NCBI GenBank assembly: GCA_963664835.2
Contig: CAXXUG010000010.1
Span: 5,411-69,410 of the forward strand
DNA from: Chloroflexota bacterium
GTDB taxonomy: Bacteria; Chloroflexota; UBA6077; FW602-bin22; JBCLEL01
Direction of reading: 5' to 3'
DNA length: 64,000 nt
The position numbers were made by a program, and so were the translations under genes. Shown piece after piece: positions 29,237 to 37,648 of the stretch. Position 1 is the first letter of the stretch. Each line of letters opens with the position of its first letter. The notes under the pieces are model-generated. The model was given only the letters and a program-made list of their open reading frames with translations. It had not been told where the DNA came from and searched no databases.

Positions 29237-30787
29237 TCACTCTCTGAGTGGCTCGCCGGTCTCTAGGACCTCCTGGAGCAAGCCGCGCATCTCACGCGCG
29301 ATCTCCGAGTACTGGATCTTCCCCCTGGCTACCGGGTCGAACCGTGGGCTCCAGGTGTCTACCAGGAACTGGCCCCAGCCCTGATATAACGACGGCTCTT
29401 TCAACCGGTCTCCCGCCCAGCGGACTGTCTCTGAACTCAACTCTTCGTAGAACACCTCGAGAGAGGCCCGTCCCGGGTTTGGTGACGGGTCATTGAACCA
29501 CTTCTCGATGATCCTCTTGTGAGTGGGCTGCAGCAAGCCGGAGCTGGAAACCACCGATTGGCCCTCGAAGCTCAGACCGGTCCAGTTCATCCAATGCCAG
29601 GCCGCGTCCTTGTCCTTGGCGACCTTCGTCATCGCTTGGCCGGAGTAGTACCCGGTCGTAGCCGGGACCTTCAGCATAGGGGTAGGCGCCACGCCAAATT
29701 GGAACTGGTCGGCGTCGCGAAGAATCACAGTCCAGAACACGTTCGCTTGGCGCATCGCGATGTTGCCGGCGTAGAAGGACATCGCTCCGGCTTGCTGATA
29801 CGCTTTGGTGGGGCCAACGAAGTGCTTGACGCCCCAATCTGCCGTCTTCTGGTAAGCCTCGATCGCGATTGGAGAGTCGACCACCATGTTGCCGTCCGCG
29901 TCCATTACCTCTCCACCGGCGGTGTGGACATGCTGGTCGCCACCCGTGAGGAAGTATGTGCTGGCTTGGAAGCCGTAGACCTTGATCCGGGTCGGGTCGA
30001 ATCCGGGCTCGTTCGGGTGCTTGCCGTCCATGTCCTCGGTCAATAGAGTGCCCAGTTCGAGCACCTCGTCCCAGGTCATTCGCTTCTTGTGGTCGGGCAC
30101 GGGCACACCGGCCGCCTCGAACAGGTCCACGTTGTAGAACAGGGCCTCGGCGCCACCGTCGAACGGCACGCTGATCCGGTTGCCCCCGTAGGTCATCGCG
30201 AGCCATATCTGTTCGATATGCTCATTCTGGTTGAAATCAGCTTTGAGGTAAGGCTCGAGGCTCTCGATTATGCCCTTGTTCCAGCCGATTCCACCGGTCC
30301 GAAGGCTCGCGTCAAAATAGACGTCGGGCGCGAGGCCGGCGGCAATATCGAGTTGCACCTTCTGGAAATGGTCTCCAGTGGTATGGTCGATCTCGACGAC
30401 CTTTTGTGGGAAAACTTCGTTGTACGCGGCAACCAGTGCCTTCGCCGCCTTCAGGTCCGGCTCGCCTCCCCGGGACTGGAACTTGATCGTGCTGCTTACG
30501 GGGATAGGAGTCGCGACGACAATCTTTTCCTTCTCGACCTCTACGACTACTTCCTTTTCGACCTCTACGATTACTTCCTTCTCGACTTCGACGACCTCCT
30601 GAACGACCACCTCTTTTTCGACGACCTTCTCGACGACCTGGGTGACCACCACCTCCACAGGCTTCTCGACGACCTTCTCAACAACCTGAGGCTCGCACGC
30701 CGCCACTATGGGCAAGGCAGCGGTCGCTGCCAGGCCGGCCAAAAACGAGCGGCGGGTAAAACGCGTCGATAGGAACCTTGCTTCCAT
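29237..30787 (-). CDS. ABC transporter extracellular solute-binding lipoprotein (CUT1-type) with Tat signal and a Val/Glu/Lys-rich linker
   Basis: MEARFLSTRFTRRSFLAGLAATAALPIVAAC (twin-Arg plus lipobox), then a V/E/K linker of about 65 aa, then an SBP_bac_1-like body. The start at ATG 30787 follows AAAGAGGAGAGG. Confidence 0.85.
   Translation of the reverse strand: MEARFLSTRFTRRSFLAGLAATAALPIVAACEPQVVEKVVEKPVEVVVTQVVEKVVEKEVVVQEVVEVEKEVIVEVEKEVVVEVEKEKIVVATPIPVSSTIKFQSRGGEPDLKAAKALVAAYNEVFPQKVVEIDHTTGDHFQKVQLDIAAGLAPDVYFDASLRTGGIGWNKGIIESLEPYLKADFNQNEHIEQIWLAMTYGGNRISVPFDGGAEALFYNVDLFEAAGVPVPDHKKRMTWDEVLELGTLLTEDMDGKHPNEPGFDPTRIKVYGFQASTYFLTGGDQHVHTAGGEVMDADGNMVVDSPIAIEAYQKTADWGVKHFVGPTKAYQQAGAMSFYAGNIAMRQANVFWTVILRDADQFQFGVAPTPMLKVPATTGYYSGQAMTKVAKDKDAAWHWMNWTGLSFEGQSVVSSSGLLQPTHKRIIEKWFNDPSPNPGRASLEVFYEELSSETVRWAGDRLKEPSLYQGWGQFLVDTWSPRFDPVARGKIQYSEIAREMRGLLQEVLETGEPLRE
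30500..30694 (-). repeat. In-CDS imperfect tandem repeat encoding the (V/E/K)n linker
   Basis: On the plus strand, ttctcgacctctacgactacttcctt / ttcgacctctacgattacttcctt / ctcgacttcgacgacctcctg recurs. The protein reads EKVVEKPVEVVVTQVVEKVVEKEVVVQEVVEVEKEVIVEVEKEVVVEVEKEKIVV. Confidence 0.85.
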
Positions 30788-31202
30788 TCGAAACCTCTCC
30801 TCTTTCTCTGGATACAAGCGATCAATCAGCAGACGATCGTGCCCCTCGGCACGAACCGAAACGGGCTTAAACGACTATTCGAACGACGTCACCCCCTTCA
30901 ATACACAGGTAAGCGCCACATGATCCCCATTGTATACGTCTTATGGCAACGTTCCTATACATAAACCGACCCCAAATCCTCCACCTAAAGGAATGACAGA
31001 CCTCGCGTGACCTTGTGTTCGCCGTTCGTCGGGCGCTCGGGTTGCCGGTAGCGAGAACTGACTGCCTGAAAGGTGAGGCTCATCTTTTTCTTCGACCTAT
31101 GTTCTAGCGCGACTTCCTCACTCGTCGCGGTCCGGGCAGAATGAGCGCGCATTCTCCAGGTCCAGCACACCGTCGTTCGTGGTCGCGGATCGAATTTCGC
31201 GT

Positions 31203-32399
31203 CAGGGAGTAAACACTGTCGCGACGACGTGCCGGACTCCGCCGTTGAACTGTATAGGGTCATGGGCCGTGTTAAACCAGTAACCGACCATCACCTTGCC
31301 TCCCGGTTGCTTCACAACCCGTGGGTAGCCCAGGTCACCAGAGCCTCCGTCGTCGCGCAGTATCAGTTCCGGCCCCCAAGTCCTGCCACCGTCTTCGGAG
31401 ACCCGCGCTCTAATCCGTATGGCTTCACCCGGTAGCCGTATACGATCAGGAGCCTCCCATCATCTAGCAGGACCATAGGAGCTGGTGCGCCCCCAGTCGT
31501 TCGGCCGCGAAAGAAACCGCCAGGTGCGGCCTCCGTCGTCGGATTCGAACACCTCGGTCCACTCGTAAGCGCCGCCTTCCGGCGCACCCCATCCTCGCGG
31601 TTTGGATCCGGCGCCGCCCATGAAGCAGCGCTGGGTGGTGACGATCCGGCCGTCCGGCATCATGACTGGACTGGCGTAGAAGTGCCCTACATAGTCGGCG
31701 TCCTTGGTGGTCCGATGGATCGATGAGAGGTACTCCCACGTGAGCCCCCCCATCCGTGGTCGCATATACCGCCTGGAACAGGGCGGAAACGTTATACCTG
31801 GGCGTGACGGGCCCGCGACCTACCGTGACGAAAAGCAGGACTAATCCGTCCGGCCTGACGAGATAGTCAGGTTTCATGTACACCTGCTCGAAACCCATAG
31901 ACGGCATACGGAAGGGGGCCCTCCCAGGTTCGTCCCCGGTCGCGCGAGTACTGCGCGTAGCCCAGGTGCTGGGCGAGGAGCGGTGGACCGCCAAATCCCG
32001 GTGGTGACGCAGAAGTCTGGCGAAGTCCAATCGAGCGGCTCGGACGGCGCCCTCCGGCGCAAGTCCGCTGACTACCTGACGCTCGAGGCTTTGATGAGTG
32101 CCGAGTAGTTGGAGGCTGTCCAGTGGCCAGGTCTTACCACCATCGGTCGAGCGCAGAGTCACATACTCGCCATGGAGTCCGTCAACCACAAAATGCCAAA
32201 GGTCGTAGCTATCTTTGTAGCTGCACCTCGCGCGGGTGAAGTTGATCAGAATCTCACCGTCGGAAAACGCCCAGAAGTTGTTGTTGAAAACCATCCCGGC
32301 AAAGTATTCAGGGTCGTAGTAGACCACCGTATGTTCCGCGTCGGTCACGCGCTCGGGTCGCGGGAAGCGAGAGCTTGCTGTCTGATTAATGTGGGCCAT
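31203..32399 (-). pseudogene. BNR/Asp-box beta-propeller paralog, heavily frameshifted (copy 3)
   Basis: Homology to the intact copy (34932-36080) jumps between all three minus-strand frames: ORFs 31464-32399, 31874-32062, 31460-31765 and 31363-31587, plus my own read of the 3' end ...VSEDGGRTWGPELILRDDGGSGDLGYPRVVKQPGGKVMVGYWFNTAHDPIQFNGGVRHVVATVFTP*. At least 5 frame changes. Confidence 0.85.
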
Positions 32400-32560
32400 A
32401 TGTTTGTTCTCCCCTCGGTTGCGATTTCGGTAGCTGCTAGGACTTGATTGCGAAGTCTGTTCACGTTCTTCTCCGCAAAGTCCTTCAACGGCTCAGTTGC
32501 CAGGCTCGACCACCTCCATCATTCGCTGTTTTCTCTACAAATCTGGAAGCGGCCGTGTGC

Positions 32561-32923
32561 TCACGGAGCAAATACGCTGGCGGCGATAAGCCGGACTCCA
32601 CCCCAAAGCTGCTTCGGATCGTCGGCCCGGTTGAAATAGTGGGCGCCCATCGTCTTCGGAGACGGGTGCCCGTATTCCCTCGGGCTCTACCCGGTACTCG
32701 TAAGCCATCAACAGTCTGCCGTCATCCAGGAGGAGTAGAGAGCCGGGCGCGCCCTAGTCGGTCACCCGCGAGACAGACCGCCATCTGGAAATACCCAGAA
32801 GTTATGATTGAATTCGGCGCTCGCGTGGTAATCGGGGTCGTAGTAGATCGTGACGTGCTCGGCGTCCGGCGCGCGCTCGGGTCGGCGGACGCGAGAGTTC
32901 GCCGTCTGAGTGGTGAGGACCAT
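32561..32923 (-). pseudogene. BNR/Asp-box paralog stub with a large internal deletion and frameshifts (copy 4)
   Basis: The N-terminus MVLTTQTANSRVRRPERAPDAEHVTIYYDPDYHASAEFNHNFWVFPDGG is joined within about 360 bp to C-terminal pieces ...LLLLDDGRLLMAYEYRVEPEG... and ...YFNRADDPKQLWGGVRLIAASVFAP*. Confidence 0.75.
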
Positions 32924-33099
32924 CTCTCTTCCTCCCCTGAGACCACAGTTATGGTAACAAGTCAGGCTTGCCTAAGTCCAGGGGCGTGAGAGACTTCTCC
33001 AGTTCCTCGGTTGTAATACCTTCCAGGCCCCGCCCAGCCTTATCAGAGGGTCCATTGCGTGTAAGGGCGGCGCTTTCACACATCTGCTCCAACTAATTC

Positions 33100-33550
33100 T
33101 TAATCAGGATGGTTGCGGTGCGGGAGAGCCCCGCCCCAAGGGCGACGCGTGCGTCGCCCCTACGAGGTAGGCATGGTGGGCGGAGACGCTCCAATCGCGA
33201 TTGTGTGACCTCATCACAGGCTCCTGAGAGCCAGTTGCACGTCTTGGAGTGGCGAGATTTCGACAAAACTCTAGTTTCGGGGGTCTTCGTGGAGGCACTC
33301 CGAGTCCTGAAATCGCCCAGATTTGCTCCGGAATTGGAATGAGTCGGAACAGATGGACGCGTGCTTGGATGTTTGCTTAGTCATGCCCAATCATGTGCGC
33401 GGCATTTTGGTGTTGGTAGAGGCGGGTTTCAAACCCGCCTCTACGGTAATCGTGAGGCATGGGCCGCCTGAAGTCCGTATAGATTTGCTCAGGAATTGAA
33501 ATAAGTTGAAACAGATGCACTTTCACAGTTACCGCCTCTAGGAAAACTCC
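33100..33550. mobile_element. Degenerate IS200/RAYT-like (Y1 transposase) relic with GC-rich palindromes
   Basis: Plus-strand 33380-33445 reads VMPNHVRGILVLVEAGFKPAST (an HxH-like MPNHVH motif followed by the GFKPA hairpin 33417-33443). Minus-strand 33130-33210 reads VMRSHNRDW..VGATHASPLG across the palindrome gggcgacgcgtgcgtcgccc (33140-33159). There are two direct repeats of about 53 bp (33305-33357 and 33467-33519). No intact ORF. Confidence 0.35.
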
Positions 33551-33554
33551 GCGC

Positions 33555-34747
33555 TCAGGGAGTAAAAACCGTGGCGGCGATGTGCCGGATACCACCAACG
33601 ATCTGCGTCGGATCGTCGGCCCGATTGAAATAGTAGCCGACCATCACCCTTCCACCGGGCAGCTTCACAATGCGTGGGTAACCCAGGTCCCCGGAGCCCC
33701 CATCATCACGCAGGATTAGCTCCGGCCCCCATCTCCGGCCTCCGTCCTCGGAGACCCTGGCCCGGATACCGTATGGCTTGACGCGATAGCCGTATACTGT
33801 CAGAAGCCTGCCGTCATCCAGCAGAGCCAGAGGGGCCGGGCGCGCCCCAGTCGTTCGGCCGCGAAAGGAATTGCCAGGTCCGCCCTCCATCGTCGGATTT
33901 GAACACTTCGGTCCATTCGTATGCGCCACCGCCCTCGGGCGCGCCCCATCCCCGTACCTTGGATCCACCGCCTGGAAAGAAGCAGCGCACAGTTGTCACA
34001 ATACGACCGCTCAGCAGCATGACCGGACTGGCGTATATATGCCCGACGTACTCAGAGTCTGGATTGGTTCGATGGATCGATGACAGGTACTCCCAGGTCA
34101 GTCCTCCGTCAGTGGTGGCATATATCGCCACGAACAGGCTCGCCACGTCATACCTGGCAGGGGCTGGGCCGCGACCGACGGTCACGAAGAGCAAGACCAA
34201 TCCGTCGGGTCGGACCAGGTAGTCGGGTTTGACGTACACCTTTGAGAACCCCATCGAAGGGAGTCGATAGGGGCCCTCCCAGCTACGTCCCCGGTCGCGC
34301 GAGTACTGCAGGTATCCGAGATGCTGGGCAAGGATCGGTGGGCCCCCCGAACCCGGCGGTTACGCAAAAGTCCGGCGAGGTCCAGTCCAGCGGCTCAGCC
34401 GGCGCCTCCGGGGCAAGCCCGCTGACCACTTGGCGCTCTAGGCTTTGATGGGTGCCAAGCACCTGGAGGCTGTCCATCGGCCAGGTCTCGCCGCCATCGG
34501 TCGAGCGCAGAGTCACGTACTCGCCGTGGATTCCGTCTACCACGCCATGCATGAGATCGTAGCTTAGTCCATAGCTACAGCGGGCACGCGCGAAGTTGAT
34601 CAAGAGATCGCCGTCTGGGAAGGCCCAGAAGTTGTGGTTGAATGGGAAGCCGGCATAGTATTCTGGGTCGTGGTAGATGGTGATGTGCTCTGCCTCGGCC
34701 GGGCGCTCCGCTCGCGGGAAGCGAGGGTTGTTTGCGTCGGTGATCAA
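33555..34747 (-). pseudogene. BNR/Asp-box beta-propeller paralog with two 1-nt frameshifts (copy 2)
   Basis: Three consecutive ORFs (34283-34747, 33814-34254, 33555-33968) together cover the full length of the intact paralog. Shift 1 is in a C6 run (34343-34348) and shift 2 is near 33830-33842. Confidence 0.85.
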
Positions 34748-34931
34748 GCCTGTCTCACCTTGCCTCCCTTGGGTTCGACCATAGATATCGCGGTTCGTGG
34801 AGACGGCCCATGCGACCTTCGCTCACTATCTCGGTTGGACCAGCGCCCGATATCGTCGCAGCCTGTACACGGAGAGCCCGCAGTCTTGACGCGTATCGAT
34901 CCGAAAGTGGCGGCTCCTCCCAGTCCTCAGA

Positions 34932-36080
34932 TCAGGGGGTGAAGACTGTGGCTGCGATATGCCGGACTCCGCCGTTGAGCTGCATCGGATCGTCCGCGCG
35001 ATTGAAATAGTAGGCGGCCATGACCTTGCCGCCGGGCAGCTTGACGGCCCGTGTGTACCCCACGTCCAGAGATCCTCCGTCATCGCGCAATATCAACTCC
35101 GGCCCCCAGGTCCGCCCATCGTCTTCCGAAACCCGTGCCCGGACTCCTTCAGGCTCGACCCGGTAACCGTATACCATCACCACTCTTCCATCATCCAGTA
35201 GGAGAAGAGAGCCCGGCGCGCCCCAGTCGTTCACTCGCGAAAGGAATTGCCAGGTACGTCCTCCATCCTCCGACTCAAATAGCTCGGTCCATTCGGAAGG
35301 AAAATGATGGTGGCAGCGCGTAGCAACCAGGATCCGGCCGTCCGATAGTAGGATCGGGCTCGCGTAGAAATGCCCCACAAAGCCGGCGTCCGGAGCCTCC
35401 CGATGGATCGACGATAGATACTCCCAGGTCAGTCCCCCGTCAGTGGTGGCATATACGGCAATGAACAAGCTCGCCGTATTGTAGGAGGTCGAGACCGGGC
35501 CGCGACCTACTGTCATGAAAAGCAAGACCAACCCGTCCGGCCGAACCAGGTAGTCTGGCTTGCCATACACCTGTGCGAATCCCATCGATGGCATCAGGTA
35601 CGGGCCTTCCCATGTTCGTCCCCGGTCGCGCGAGTACTGAACGTAGCTAAGGTGTTGGTTTCGAATAGGTGGCGCGCCAAAGCCGGCGGTGACGCAGAAA
35701 TCGGGCGAGGTCCAGTCGAGCGGCTCACCCGGCGCTTCCGGGGCGAGTCCGCTCTCCACCAGGCGCTCGAGGCCTTGATGGGTGCCGAGCACCTGGAGAC
35801 TCTCAAGGGGCCAGGTCCTGCCGCCATCGGTCGAGCGCAGAGTGACGTATTCGCCCCTTCCGTCCGTCATGCTGTCTTTGAGATCGTATCTGTGCTCATA
35901 GCTGCAGCGCGCACGCACGAAGTTAACAAGCAACTCGCCATCTGGAAATACCCAGAAGTTGTGATTGAACACGAAGGCCGCGAAGTAATCGGGGTCGTAG
36001 TAGACCGTAAAATGCTCGGCGTCAGCCGGGTGTTGGGAGCGCGGGTATCGAGAGTTGGCCTCTGGACCGATGACGTTCAC
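34932..36080 (-). CDS. BNR/Asp-box repeat protein (sialidase-superfamily six-bladed beta-propeller), intact copy 1
   Basis: 382 aa with five Asp-boxes: STDGGRTW, SRDRGRTW, TTDGGLTW, SEDGGRTW, SEDDGRTW. No signal peptide and no obvious FRIP motif, so the substrate is unknown. Confidence 0.8.
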   Translation of the reverse strand: MNVIGPEANSRYPRSQHPADAEHFTVYYDPDYFAAFVFNHNFWVFPDGELLVNFVRARCSYEHRYDLKDSMTDGRGEYVTLRSTDGGRTWPLESLQVLGTHQGLERLVESGLAPEAPGEPLDWTSPDFCVTAGFGAPPIRNQHLSYVQYSRDRGRTWEGPYLMPSMGFAQVYGKPDYLVRPDGLVLLFMTVGRGPVSTSYNTASLFIAVYATTDGGLTWEYLSSIHREAPDAGFVGHFYASPILLSDGRILVATRCHHHFPSEWTELFESEDGGRTWQFLSRVNDWGAPGSLLLLDDGRVVMVYGYRVEPEGVRARVSEDDGRTWGPELILRDDGGSLDVGYTRAVKLPGGKVMAAYYFNRADDPMQLNGGVRHIAATVFTP

Positions 36081-36164
36081 ACTCTCTCTCCTGTTGCCCT
36101 ACAACTCTAACAACTGTACTCCGTGCCAGATATGGAGATTGGACAAATAAATTTGGTACACGGT

Positions 36165-37124
36165 TCAGTTGAGCCGGTTGAGAATTGGCCGGCCGTCCAC
36201 GAGCCGGCGGACGTTTTCGACGATTGTTTCAGTGTTACCGCGCAGCATTAGCTCGGTAGCGCCTGCAAAGTGAGGCGTGGCCACCACTGAGTGCTGGAAG
36301 ATCGGATCGGAGGGATCCGCGGGCTCATCCCAGAATACGTCCAGGCCTACGCCGGCCAAATGACCGGTCTCCAGCGCATTTAGCAAAGCCCGATAGTCTA
36401 CGATGGCGCCACGGGAAACGTTGACCAGATAGCTTCCTCTCTTCATTCTTGCAAGCTCGGCCTGTCCAATGATTCCATGCGTTTCGGCAGTTAGTGCCAC
36501 CGTAAGGACCAGGAAATCCACCTGAGGCAACAGCGTATCTAACTCTTCCATCGTCCCCAGCCAGTCTAAGCTCAGCCGCCGGCGCAACTGATCATCTCGG
36601 CGTCGCTTCACCCCGATGACACGACAGCCAAAGGGTCGAAGGAGTCCGGCCAAGAGACCGCCAACGCTGCCAACGCCCACAATTCCAACTGTGCTGCCAC
36701 GAATCGTCTCCCCGAAGGGGGATTCATCCCAACTGCGTTGGCGTATGGCCTTTTCCAGTGCGGGGTAGTTCCTTGCGACCGCAATCATTAAGAAAACGGC
36801 GAACTCGGCCACGGACTCCGCGTTACCTGAGCCGAGTGAAGGGACGTTGGCTACCGGGATTCCCCGCGCGGAAGCAGCCTCCATATCCACCATATCCACG
36901 CCCACACCGAATTGCTGGATCAAACGGCAACGTTTGGCTACGGCGATGGCCTTGGCGTCAACCTGTCCTCGACCAGGAATTATGACGTCGACATCGGCGA
37001 CGTTCTCGATGACTTTGTCTTCCGGGCAATAGACTATCTCGTGCTCGGGGAGCGCCGCCTGAAACGCCTCGGCAGAAGAAGCCTCGTCGGTACATAAGAT
37101 TATCTTCAGTCGTTGTGGTCCCAT
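36165..37124 (-). CDS. D-isomer-specific 2-hydroxyacid dehydrogenase family (NAD-binding)
   Basis: GSTVGIVGVGSVGG...VNVSRGAIVD...GLDVFWDEP...TPHFAG. Confidence 0.85.
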   Translation of the reverse strand: MGPQRLKIILCTDEASSAEAFQAALPEHEIVYCPEDKVIENVADVDVIIPGRGQVDAKAIAVAKRCRLIQQFGVGVDMVDMEAASARGIPVANVPSLGSGNAESVAEFAVFLMIAVARNYPALEKAIRQRSWDESPFGETIRGSTVGIVGVGSVGGLLAGLLRPFGCRVIGVKRRRDDQLRRRLSLDWLGTMEELDTLLPQVDFLVLTVALTAETHGIIGQAELARMKRGSYLVNVSRGAIVDYRALLNALETGHLAGVGLDVFWDEPADPSDPIFQHSVVATPHFAGATELMLRGNTETIVENVRRLVDGRPILNRLN

Positions 37125-37394
37125 ATGTCACCCGTCACTCCGCAACTGGACATTCGCCGGATCGCGTGGTTCACGTTACTGCTCTCCAGCCGCATTGTCC
37201 TACAGATCCCGTTCCGGGGGCCTCATCTGCCGGGACGCCAGGCAGTTCCTCGCCGGCTACTGCTTGTCGGCCTTGGCAGCATCCACTGAGTGGGTCGTCG
37301 AGCAACGTAACTTGATGCTGGTAGATAGCTGGAATTCGGGGAGACGCGCCATGGTACTGAGTCTACTTTCTCCGGACCTATCTACAAAGGCCAT

Positions 37395-37470
37395 TGGCAC
37401 GCCTGGAGGGACTCGAACCCCCGACCCGCTGCTTAGAAGGCAGCCGCTCTGTCCACTGAGCTACAGGCGC
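37395..37470 (-). tRNA. tRNA-Arg (anticodon TCT), CCA encoded
   Basis: The reverse complement is gcgcctgtagctcagtggacagagcggctgccttctaagcagcgggtcgggggttcgagtccctccaggcgtgcca. It folds by hand into a cloverleaf with a 7-bp acceptor, anticodon loop cTTCTAa and a GGTTCGAGTCC T-arm. Confidence 0.92.
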
Positions 37471-37648
37471 AAATCTGAACCGGATTTTACCGGTCCAGGA
37501 AAAAGCTTACCACACTGCCGGCGGTCAAGAATCGGCGGTTAAAGATCACTCCCCGAGGTCGCCGGCCTAGAGGTTGCGCACCTCGATGGTAGAATTCCCC
37601 AGAACTATGACCGCACACCTCCATACTAGACTGATTTGAGTCCTCAGC

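Noticed and set aside
30931-30961. Inverted repeat TGTATA-N19-TATACA upstream of the ABC operon, as a possible operator
   Set aside because: The arms are only 6 bp in a locally AT-rich stretch, and there is no regulator gene nearby. This is too weak to call.
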